From Dipteris shenzhenensis (Eukaryota), in the NCBI GenBank assembly GCA_047967505.1, contig CM106538.1: a DNA stretch of 64,000 nucleotides; one strand, given 5' to 3'. Both the position numbers and the translations under genes were made by a program. Positions 39,973 through 51,473 of this stretch are shown here, piece after piece. Below the pieces are notes generated by a model. It saw nothing but the letters and a program-made list of their open reading frames with translations. It made no database searches and was not told the origin of the DNA. Positions within the stretch are counted from its first letter, which is position 1; every line of letters starts with the position of its first letter.

Positions 39973-41059
39973 ATACTAAAAATGCATTGGCTGACTTGAA
40001 TTTATAGTTTGACTAACTAGATAGTCATGGAAGGTCTTGCTAAGGGTCCACATAAGCTTCCCAAGAGGAAGGATGTCTTGCCACATCTTGAACTTCAAGG
40101 AGAGGAAGGATCTCTTGCCAAGTTGCAACAAGTGTACAAGGCAAAGGATACATGCCTTGCTTCTAGGATACCATCACATTGTAAGTCATTCTATCTATGT
40201 AGCTTCCTTGCCTATCTTCTTTACAAGGTGGGTGTCAAGAGCCTATTTTAACATAGGAGGGGGAAGTAGTGGAATCTTTGATATTACTGACAATGGACTG
40301 TCTCTAAGTTATGTGCAGGAATACCTTTTAGTCATGGATAATGAAATGTATATCCTTCAACTTTACTTTAAATGGTGAAAAGGTAGGCAAGCATCTAGAG
40401 AAATGCATGAAAAATGCCCATTTTATCCCTCATGCAACATCAAACAATGTGTTTGACTTGCACAAGCTATCCATAAATTGTAGGTTTGGCATTTTGGAGT
40501 TTGCATAGGTTTTCTTTATGACTTGGAAGACATTAAAAACATTGATGAAATTTATTTTGATGGTTTTATTGTGTGGTTTCATGTTCAAAGTTTTCAAGTA
40601 ATATGTCTAAAGTTTTCATGCCTAAAGTTTTATAGTTTATACATATTTGCCTCGCTTGAATCATGAAAAGGTCAATGAACATTGGAAGAGAGGAAAAGTT
40701 TTAGAGAATAATCTCGATTAAAGGAGACAATGCTATGATGGTAAGCATCCTATGTTAGGCCTAATCCATTTCTTAACCCATTCTTTATGGAATCTAAGCA
40801 TGGGGGTAAGCGCTTGTGTGAAATTCAAATCCTCACCTTGCCAAGGCCAAGGGGCTTGGCATGGGAGCGAGGGTCCTGGCACCGGATTGTTATCTTTTAA
40901 AACATCACTAAGGCTGATGCTTCCTACAACAAGTCGAAACTGGAGAAATTGTGGTGTTTGAAGTAACTGGGCAGCAGCTCCTATCCGATATCTCAAGAAT
41001 CTATTCGGTGTTGTTTCATCTCCGAACCTCTTCCAGGCTTCCTTGCTATGTACCTTTTC

Positions 41060-41832
41060 TTCTTGGGTTTTCTTGCACCCACATACAGTTGATGTCATCA
41101 TAGATAATTGCCGTGTCAAAAATGTGTGTGTTGATGGGGGAGCTGCATGTAATATCATGGTGCCCCGAATCATGAAGAAATTGAATTTGAAATGTACAAG
41201 GCATTCCTCCACTCGAATCAAGGTAGCAGATGGTCGACAACTCGCCACCCTAAGAGTCATTCAGGATTTGCCCATCACTGTCAATGGGTTGACCGACCAC
41301 CACTGTCAATTTCTATGTAGTGGACATTGAAGATACAGGCAGGAGTTACCCAGCCATACTCGGGAGACCATGGTTGAGAAAGAGTGATGCAATCAGCTAT
41401 TGAAAGACATGACACATGTCTTTTGGTGCTTCTAAGGAGAAGATCCCAGTGCAACCCGGTGCCATGGAACCGGAAGAAGAAGAGGAGCAAGACAGTGATA
41501 CTCTCTCATCCTCAGTTTCTGAATCAATGGAAGAATCAGACGGGGGGGAGGAATTCTCAGAGGAGGAAGTTTACATGATGGGGGTGTCTTCGACCCCGCC
41601 ATCAGCAGAAAAGGTAACAACTAGTCCTCAACAGCTTGAGTCTATGCTTTCCCCAGACCTCACTCCAAGTGAGAAAGACGAGTTCCTAGAAAAGTTCAAA
41701 GATTTCCTTGACCTCTTTGCAACTAGCTACCACCACCTTTGCCATGTGACTGCCATAGAGCACAAGATAGAGCTGAAGCCTGCTGATGCGAAGCCTGTGG
41801 CTCAGAAGTATCGGAGATTAGGGCCCCTGTAG
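41060..41832 (+). pseudogene. Ty3/Gypsy protease and pre-RT fragment
   Basis: VKNVCVDGGAACNIM (protease), IKVADGR, YPAILGRPWL, acidic linker, then LTPSEK..FLDLFA..IEHKIELKP..KPVAQKYRRL (RT N-terminal region), truncated. Confidence 0.8.
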
Positions 41833-43703
41833 ACCGATGCGTCCATCCTACAACTCCGTGTTTGCTTTCTCCAAGAGTTTTACCAAAGCGGGGTCAATAT
41901 GCCAATATACAAACTCACCCTGCATCGAGCCCGCAGCTAAGATACCAATTCTATTCGCATCTATGCTCCCTACTAATTAATTAGTTAGTTTTGATCCATT
42001 AGAGGGTTAATTAAGCTATGTTTATCTATGGCTTAATTTATTTTTGCTTTGATTAACTTATGTTTCTCTATGCCTTAATTTATTGCATAGACTATGTTCA
42101 AGGGGGCTTCCCCAAACTTTCAAGAAAAGGATCGAACTCAAAACCTTCCTCTTCTCACGTGTGAGCCCTACCACTAAGCTCTAAAGTCATATCATGTAAC
42201 CCTTCCTTATAGTAATATTATAAAATGGTCCCTCATCCCTCTCCCCTCTTTAATGCCCTTCATGTGGTCCCCCCTTCCCTCTTTAATACTCCTCCCCTTC
42301 CCCTCTCATGTATGCTCCTCTCCCTCCGCCCTCTTTAATGCTCCCCTCCCCCTTTAAGCTTGATTGATACTCCCCCCCTTAAGTTTAGATATCCCTTATG
42401 CCCCCTCCCCAACTAATTAATGGGAGTTTTCATGCTCGGGTACGTATTCAGATTCGCGTGATTCCATTTGCGGTTGGGTTACACACAAGGGTTATTAATG
42501 ATGATGACTACATGAAATTAAAAGAGATTCAATGCGCTGATAAATATACAAACCGATACACAGATATGGTCCACACAAGGGGGACCCTTGAAATATTCGA
42601 TTGCCAATTATCAAAGTTGTTATAAATTTATTCAAGTAGTACTTCAAGTCATTGATGAGTTATAATTTTTAAAGATTGAGGAACCATTAGGACTAGGAGA
42701 CAAACACAGCTTTAAGGTAGCAATGGTAGCATTCATTTGTCTTATACAAACATTATTATGATCTTGCACATTTAGTGTAAACATATTTGTTTTAAGTTGA
42801 GAAGTGGCGGTATCCATCTTGCATACCAATTATTTGAATCCAGGTGTCTCCCTTAAATTGTAGGAGTGCAAGAAGGACTATGGCGGAGGAAACCACTATA
42901 CACCACAACCTTGGAGATGGTAGGGACTATGTGTAACAACATCCACCTTCTTGTTATTGGCGGAGGTTTTGGAGGTTATAACAATCCCTCTAAAACTATA
43001 GCCTCGACCACCTGCCCTTTTACAATTTTGAATGCTTGCCTTATAGCTTGTACCTTGGCAAAATCTTTTAGCACCCATAGGACTTTGATCTTGTTGGTCA
43101 TAAGATGTGCCTTGTAAAACATGTGGCATCATTGTAAAGAGGACTAGTATGATAAAAGCTTTGATACACATGAGAGAGAGAGAGAGAGAGAGAGGTTTAA
43201 GTACGCTCCACACTTGTAGGCCTTTCTCCTTTATATGCCTACACATGAATGCCACCCACACTTGATACACACCAAGAGTGTGACCACACCAAGAGCGTGA
43301 TAAGACGAGCTTATACCAAAGAGTGAAGGGAAGGCAATGGTTTCACAACTATGACCCTTGAAAGCCCATGCTTTCTATTTTGTCCTCTAGATACCTAGTA
43401 CACTATGAAGCTCCATGCACTTATCCACACCTTATCCACACCAAGAGCGGTCGTTTCACAACTATGACCCTTGCAAGCCCTTGCTTTCTATGTTCTCCTA
43501 AGAGCGTGACACTCTTTGGCTTTGCATAAACTTTGCTTTTTAGGGCTTTTTAAGAAGGGTCCATGTGCATAGCTTTTGCGTTTTTTGTAGCCTCCATGCC
43601 ATTGAAATTCATCATCTCCGGTTCTTTGAGAGCTAACTCTAGCTTGGATTTCATCACCTCCTGTTTTGTGAGAGCTTATCTCTAGCTTTGACTTTGGCTT
43701 GTC

Positions 43704-44142
43704 ATGGCAAAAATACTAGAGATCATCGTAATTACGAGCCTCGCAGTTCCAATAGACGACATGAGTGAATGCGAATCGATCGTTCATGAAATAGTCGACA
43801 GGTTTAAGCACTTGGATCAGTATGACATTGAACTGCGCTCACAGGATGGAGAGACGATTTGCGGAACTACTGTCAGGAATGGTGGTGAGCTATGTGCCAG
43901 CAGCGAGGATTGTTGCACGTTGAAGGATTGTTGCACGTTGAAGGATAATGAAGGATAAGCCTCACTTGTCCGTTGTGTACAAGGCGGTAAAGCTTGCAGC
44001 TTCACATGAAAAAAATTTATGGTTAGCTTTGCTATTTACTAGGAAAAGGACTTATGCAAATTTTGAAAGTAGCAATTGTGAAAGACTAGAGCGCGCAGTT
44101 TCTCAAGCTTGGGAGTCCCTTATACTTATTGTTTGGCAATAA
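43704..44142 (+). pseudogene. CpG-rich orphan ORF, frameshifted by a 10-bp duplication; product unknown
   Basis: ORFs 43704..43958 and 43948..44142 join if one TGAAGGATAA copy is removed; an in-frame 18-bp duplication is also present; non-repetitive, protein-like composition. Confidence 0.3.
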
Positions 44143-47100
44143 GGCGAGTGGCGTATATCGAGTGTCATGGCTGTTGAAATGAGGTTAATAAGCGTCGCAA
44201 TAAGCGATAATAATTTACGTTAGTGGTAGATTGAACAAGAGATGTGAAACGTTGTAAAAGTGTGTGTGAGTTGCAACGAGACCTCTCCCTGTCGGATCTT
44301 GATTCCGCCTTTGTATATGTAATGTATACGTTCATTATTCGGATAATGGCTACTACGTCTTCCCTTCCAGTTTGTTCTTAAGTTACTTCTCAGATCATAT
44401 TGTCCACTTGCTCTTTCACTTATGTATGGTTTTATGGCAAAGTTACCTTTCCTTTTTCTTATGAAAAGTTAACTGCATATTAAATTGAAGCTTTACTCTG
44501 CGACTTGCTGTCATGATGTTTCACACATTACTCGTGTCACAAGTACATGCTGAATTCCCGTAAATGTTATTTCTGAAATTCCTTTCTTTCAGTTTGATGG
44601 TTCAGAATAGATGTCCATACCGTGGACAATAGATGTCCATATCACCAATCATCCACCCGCGTGAGCAAGGGTGATGGGTGAGAGAACTAGCACTGCCTAC
44701 ACAAGCGAGGTTTCTCTATTTTTGTTGTAAGTAATTAAAAGATAATGTCCAAGACGGATAACCATTCACATAATGAATATCACCCTTGAGAGCAAGGATG
44801 ATGGCTAGGAAAAGCCAATGCTGCTAATGTCAGCTCAAGTATGTTGAGGGCATACCCACAAAGGACTAACCCAAAAGATGACTTGACACACCCATCAATA
44901 GTAATTAGGTAGGGTAAATTACTAATGGGTGGTGATAGGGCTTCATTTGTGGGGTTCCCATGGGGATGGACTTCCCTAGGACACCCGGATCTAGAATTAA
45001 ACCCATGCCTTCTCTAGCTCATCACTTGGATTGGTGGATATCCATGGAATGGGATGCAAACACTTTTAAGTGTGAGGATAATGTGACGTGGACAACCTGT
45101 CTCAAGATCAGAGCAATTGGATTAGTAATTGGGTCATGAGCATGTGGCCGACTTGCCAAATTTGATCACCACTGCCTGATCTACACATTTGCCTTTTGTT
45201 GCTCCTGTACCGAACTCACAGATTGAAAAGGAGTCTTTGTATTATCAGGACATTGACTCTCCTGCATAGTAACTGTAGTACTGACTATCTGCCTCAGGGC
45301 TATACAACTTGACAGTTGACTACCTATGGTATCCCTGCTCGCTGGCATGTCTATGCATCATACATGCAGGGATGTATATAACATTTGTAGACTTCAATTT
45401 AAAGGAATACGCTAAAAAGAAGAAGATACTGTTGTGTGCTTGGATTGGCCAAGAATCTCACCTTTGCAAAAGATAGATACCTCTGCAATTCTATGTAGCT
45501 ATACATGAGGTTCAAGTATAAGTGAATGATGCTATGTCTATCTTGTAATTTGCTGAAAACTTAGAAGAGCCTGTGGGTTGGTGGAAGATTTTTGCATTTA
45601 GGCACTAAGTTTTGCTGCTAATGAGTTTAGTGGAGGTTGTCTTATGAGAGTTAGTGTAGATTGTTTGATGAGAGTGGGACCTTGGTAGATGTCTCTAATT
45701 CTATCATGAGGCCATTATTCAGCGATAGCAGCCACAAGAGCCCTCAAAGGAGCAGATTGAGTAGCCAGCATCAGCAGCGAGAACCCCCAATGCCAGTACA
45801 GGGCTCGTAAAAGGTAGGGGCAACATTCTCAGCCATAGATGGTGCCTTCATAGGTACCTATGCCATGGGGATTGGACGAGAGATCTCACAAGGCAAGTAT
45901 TGGGCAAAGCAACAAAGACAAAAAAACAAGGGAGGGGGAGGGCTTGCAACCCAATGTGGGTCCTCTCTTTCAAGCGTTAACATGTATGCAAGCCTTTCGT
46001 TTACTGAAAGTAGTACTTATGATGCGAGCCTGCTACATTGGTATCAAATCATCGCTTACGAGTAGCTGTAAAATCTTTCGGATGGGCATGCTTCAGCCCA
46101 TGGACATGCTGCTGGCATGGGCAGCGGTAGCCATGGGAGCTGGATCAAGCAGGAGGGATGCTACAGCAGTAAACGGTAGGCTTCAATCCGCACTAGGACT
46201 CAAGAGACAGGGCAAGCAGGCCCTCATATAGAGGAGGGTCTGATCGGAGCTGTCACAGATCTGGAAACAAAAAACCTCCTGACACATCAGCCCAGATCCA
46301 GACTGGGTCGGCCGTCCCAGTCGGCCATTTCCCGATGGTGGGGGGTCAGCCTATAAAAGGCCCCCCCTTCTTCCATTGAAAACATCAGACTTTCAGCCTC
46401 AGCAAGCAGCCCCAAAGCCCCCTCAGTTCAGCCCCTTCGTTACAGTCAGGGAGTAGGACAGAAACAGATTTGCCCGTCTTGACAGTCTGCCTCTTCTTTT
46501 GTAGACAGTCCATTGGCTTCGTTTCAATGCAGAATACAGAGGGATTGTTACCCATCAGTGTCTATAGAACTCAGACCCACTTGCCTACAATCAAATATGA
46601 TTTCATATTATCATCATCATTAGAAGGCTAGGAACAGGAATGGCCAACAGTTAAACAAGGAGGACTGGACAGCAATATGCTACAATGGCTACTGTTATTA
46701 CTTGGATGTTGAGACACGGGCCAAATACAGGAAAGAGAATCAGTGCTTCTATACAATGTTCCAAGGCAGAAAAAACAAGATTGCCCACATTACAAGCAGC
46801 TTCATAAGGACGTGGCCACATCACGTGGTCCACTCAGGTTCAGCCTCAATTCCTGCCAAAACCACTTCGGTCATCATTCAGGAGATTGTTGAGGACAAGC
46901 AGAAGGGGGGCCCTTAGCTGTTCCCTACGCTGTTCATGTTTTATGGACAATTTGGCAATTAGAAAGTCCTCATCTTGACCAATTCAAGAGTTTAGAGGAC
47001 ATAATCTCCATCAACGCAGCCAAGAGAGCTCAGCTCACACTCCACCACGGAAAAGGTGGACCCAAAGGCAGGATTCACAAGCCAGAGTGTCAAGAGTAAG

Positions 47101-48639
47101 AAGAAGGCAAATGAAGCTACTCTGAAGATCTCCAATTGGGTAGATAGCAGGACTCTCCAAGTCGCTGCACACAGGCAGGCAGTGAACGTCATTCTAGCTG
47201 CTCACTGGTGGCACCAGTTTGAAGTTCAATCCAATTACAGCAAGTAGGGGTTGGATCTCACTATTCCAGGAATCTGTTGCAAGTACATAGCAGGCATTTA
47301 GGATGCACATTCCAGGAATCTGTTGCAAGTACAACCCTGCAGCCAGACGTTGCAGCAGCTCAGTATATTTCTCGAAATATGGGTCAAAACTTTACAACTG
47401 GATGCTTCCGCAGAGTTCCTAGTACTGCAGCCAACCACTGTCTTTGGATGCTCAGTGGTGATCTGGTTCACTGCTCCTATCGCTGCCTCAAACTAAGCTT
47501 AGCTCGTGGAGTGTCAGTGGCCTCACATGGGGAGCCCCTTTGTATAGGTGAGGAGGGACTCAGTCTGTCCCCCCCAAACCAACTGGCCAACTGGCCTTCT
47601 CACAGACTGGCCCGTAAACAGCCGACCGGCAGACCCTATGCTCTGTCAAAATGCTGACTGCTCTGTGGGTTTGACAAGCCCACAGACTGCCCTCTTTGGC
47701 CCATCCAAGATAGGCCCCATATATAGGCCCTTGGCTGGTGTCCATCTGCCCCAGCATCGGCCGATTTTATGCCACTATGCTGGCATTTGTCCGCAGCCCA
47801 TATGGGCTCATTAGATCCCCATCCTCTTGTGCAGATCTGCCAGCCTCTCCAGTTGGATCTTGCTGCCTATGTGGCAGCCCATCTTGTCCTCTTTTCTACA
47901 CATCCTATGCTGCTCACATGTCAGCCTACACGCTGTCCACATGGCAGCCTCTCTTGATGCTACAATCTTCCCACTAAGCTGCCCACATGTTGGCCCTTTA
48001 GCTGTCCACATGGAAGCCCTTGTATGTGGCGTGCATATCTCATGCCCACATGGCTATCTCAAATGCCGTCCCCCATTCTATAGGGGCACCATGTCCCAAT
48101 GCTCATCGTTTGGTCCCTCTATGCCAACACCCCTAGTTATTGTCACGCTCTGGACCCCCATTGACCCAAAGACATAACCACTCCATTTACTCAGGAACAC
48201 ATTGAGAAGGCTGTTGGAATCTTGTTCAGATGCCTACATACATTGCGTCTCTATGTCTAGCTCTCCATAATCCTTGAACTTCATAAATCAAACAGAACAC
48301 AGGTACCTACACATCACCATCATTCAATTGCACTATCAATATCCATCACAAACGCGCTAGGTACACAAGACACCTAGGTATAACTAGTAGGTACATCCAA
48401 TTGTCAACACTTGAAGCTAGGAACAAGCTAGAGTGCAAAGTACCATAGGTCATCGATAACTAGCACGATCTGCAATCACAATCCTCTAGAAACTTTGGAC
48501 CCTCGAATTTGTGACGGCTGTCTTTTCAATAGACTTCCAACTTCCAAGTTAGTTGGTGATTCTTGTGTCACAAAGTTTAGCAACTCTATGAGAAGGATGG
48601 CCTTGAGAGAGGATAAAAGATCTCTTGGGAGAAGGGATC

Positions 48640-48641
48640 TT

Positions 48642-48700
<59 letters not shown>
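48640..48700. repeat. Compound (GT)n(GA)n microsatellite
   Basis: Direct reading of the sequence. Confidence 0.95.
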
Positions 48701-48705
<5 letters not shown>

Positions 48706-49944
48706 TCCCCCATCTTACAATGTTAAAATTTGATGCTCTTGGGGTAGTGCTCTTGGATTGCATTCCAATAAGACATGGTTAGTTGTCAAATCTTGCATTC
48801 TTGGATTCTAATACATATTTTATACCTACATTTGAGCACATATTTTATACATTTCTTTGATTTAAAAAAAACCACCTCGTGAAGCAAATAAAGATGTAAT
48901 ATATTTCTTTGATTACAAAAAAAACCTCGTGAAGCAAAAGATACATGTTTACTCACACATCAACCTCATGGCTAATGTCACCTAAAGATAGATTCCCATG
49001 TATGAGTGACATCTTTTATTCCTTGCATACTCTTTCATGCCATGATGCAAATTTCTTTAGGTAATGCCTTGAAAGGTTGGTTGTTAAGTTTGCTTCCTTT
49101 CATTACAATCCTCATTTGTCCTTAAACCTCCAAGTTCTCCTACTCTGTAAAAACAACTCAATCAGATTCCATACGCTCCATTACGAAAACCAACATGGAA
49201 CATACCATCCTAGGTTCTCGCTTGGTATAGGGGTCTCTCATAGATACTACAATCTCTTCTAATTTAGCGGGACCAAATGAAATCAATCCTCTACCATCAC
49301 TCATTGTCACTTAAATATACTCATTGCCAAAAACTTATTGTTATTTAAATGTACTCGTGTCAACAAGTTTGCCTCTTCATGTAAGCGACATACACCGTAT
49401 AATTGTTATAGTAAGGATTGCATGAAAATTACACATTAAGTTTTACTGTCTACGATAAGAGCTCCCAATGACATAGTATTCATAATCATTTGCTTTGCAA
49501 TGCATAGCCTTGCATTCATAAGTACAATAAAGTTCTAAACTTGTGAATGGGGCTTGTCTTTCATCTTGGTCTTAACATTTTCTAAATGTAACTAAATTAT
49601 TCAAAATGTTTTACTCAAAGAACAATTTTAGATTTCCTAAATTTTTGGAAGCTATTCAATTATCTACATTCATGTAAAAGAAACTCCTCTTAATGGAAGA
49701 AATATTTGTTGGAGAGTGGGAGAGAAGATGAACATCATGGAGAAGAGTGGAAACCAAATGGTAAAATGTTCCATTGAGTTGACAGGAAGTCCTCTCTTTT
49801 ATAGAATGGGAGAGAGGATGGCCTAAATGAATGGCACCTCTTTGCATCCGAAAGTACCAAACAACCGGCAAGATGAGCATGCGAGATTACAAAGAACATC
49901 CAGAAGAAACCAAGAAAATGGGCATCTAGGAACGGTGATCACCT

Positions 49945-50476
49945 CCAAACAAGTACTCAACAGTAATGCATATGTGCCACGTCCAAACGAGTACTTAATA
50001 AATAATCCATATGTGCCATGTCCAAATGAGTACTCAAGAAGTAATCCATATGTGTTCATCTGAAAGACGTTGAAACTTGTCACGTGCAAATGAGTATGCA
50101 ATATGACCATGTCAAAATGAGTACTCAATAAGTAATCCATATGTGTCCATCGTGAAAGCCAAATAAATATGTGTCACATCCAAACGAGGACTTAGTAATA
50201 ATCCATGTACCACATCTAGATGAATAATTATGTGTCACATCCAAACGAGGAGTCAGTAATAATCCATGTACCATGTCTAGACGAGTACTCAAGTAGTTAG
50301 CCATATGTCACATCTAAATAAGTACTCAAGCAATTATCCATATGTGTTCATAAATATTGTCACGTGAAAGAGATTGAACCTTGCCATGTTCAAACGAGGA
50401 TGCAATAAGTAATCCATAGGTGCCATGGCCAAACCAGTACTCATTAAGTCAGCCATAGGTGTTCATCATGAAAGAC
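49945..50476. repeat. Degenerate ~39-bp tandem repeat in the 3' UTR of the gag-only element
   Basis: Unit CCAAACGAGTACTCAATAAGTAATCCATATGTGCCATGT, about a dozen variably degenerate copies. Confidence 0.8.
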
Positions 50477-50559
50477 ATATAAGTATATCTCACCACAAAG
50501 TGCTCAAAAAGCTCAAAAAGCATGATAAATAAAGTTCAAAAGACAAAGTACTCAAAAAG

Positions 50560-51473
50560 CATAGTCTTTATCTTCTACCGCAAAGTTTGATTCTTCATTT
50601 GTTGATGGAGTTCTCTCTTCAGCCTAATTTGCCATGTTTTTCATTGTAAAACTTCTTTGAATGATTGTTCTTGTCACAATAAGTACAAGGATGGATTTTG
50701 TAGCAATCTTTTTCAAGATGATTGGTCTTTTCACAATGCTTGCATGCCTTGTACTTGCTCTTTGATGAAAACTTTACTGTAAGTGCTTGTGTGCGCACTT
50801 TACCCATTCTTGAAATGTTCTTTCTCTCTTCCTCTTGTAGAGCATTGATGATGCCCTCTAGAGTGGGTTGAAGAAGATTCTTCAAGGTAGTCACAACATA
50901 ATCATAGTCTTGAGGCATACTCTTCAAGAGCACAACCATAGCATCTTCTTCAGTAACTGGAGAGTTGATTGAGACCAATTGTGTCATAAGACTCCTCAAA
51001 GTATTAACATGAGCTGCAACATTGTCTCCATCCATCTTAAGTTCAAAGAACTTAATTTTCAAATTCAACTAAGAAGTATGAGAGCTAGTACCAAATAACA
51101 CATCGAACTTCTGCCAGGCCTCAAGAGGGGATTCCAAATCTGAAATATGATGCATAATTATCTCACAAACCTAATGCAATAATTGCATAAGCTTTCTCTA
51201 GCTTTTTAGCATCTGCAGGTGTAGTTGAAGAAGAGTCACTTGCCTTCCCCTTACCGTTGGTTGTGGTGGATTCACCTTCTTGAGATGATTGATTCCTTGA
51301 CTTGAGAAAGTCCCACAAATTCTCTTTCATAAGCACAAATTTGATTTTCATTTGCCAAGTGTGAAAACCTTGGCCATTGAACTTGTCTATCTTAAAGGTG
51401 GTCAAGAGAGGGTCTTACCTTTATGTTTAGGCAGTGTCTGCTCTCTTACAAATGGCTTATGAGTCTCAACCAT
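50560..51473 (-). pseudogene. Copia gag (with zinc knuckles), disrupted
   Basis: KIDKFNGQGFHTWQMKIKFVL..ENLW; LKIKFFELKM..LLKSMPQDY; CKHCEKTNHLEKDC; ends ..SNFAVEDKDYAF-stop. Confidence 0.85.

Noticed and set aside
42195-42483. TGTAACCC..GGGTTACA as a solo LTR or MITE
   Set aside because: Flanks (TATCA / CACAA) show no target-site duplication and no second copy is present in the window
42500-43270. Minus-strand ORF 42896..43270 and neighbours
   Set aside because: Includes a microsatellite translation and no recognisable motif
45700-48300. LTR-like region with TATAAAA at ~46352 and several short ORFs
   Set aside because: Probably TE-derived, but boundaries and family could not be established; the ORFs show no recognisable domains
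49945-50476. CRISPR-like appearance of the 39-bp repeats
   Set aside because: Units are contiguous and degenerate without unique spacers; eukaryotic LTR-element context; no cas genes
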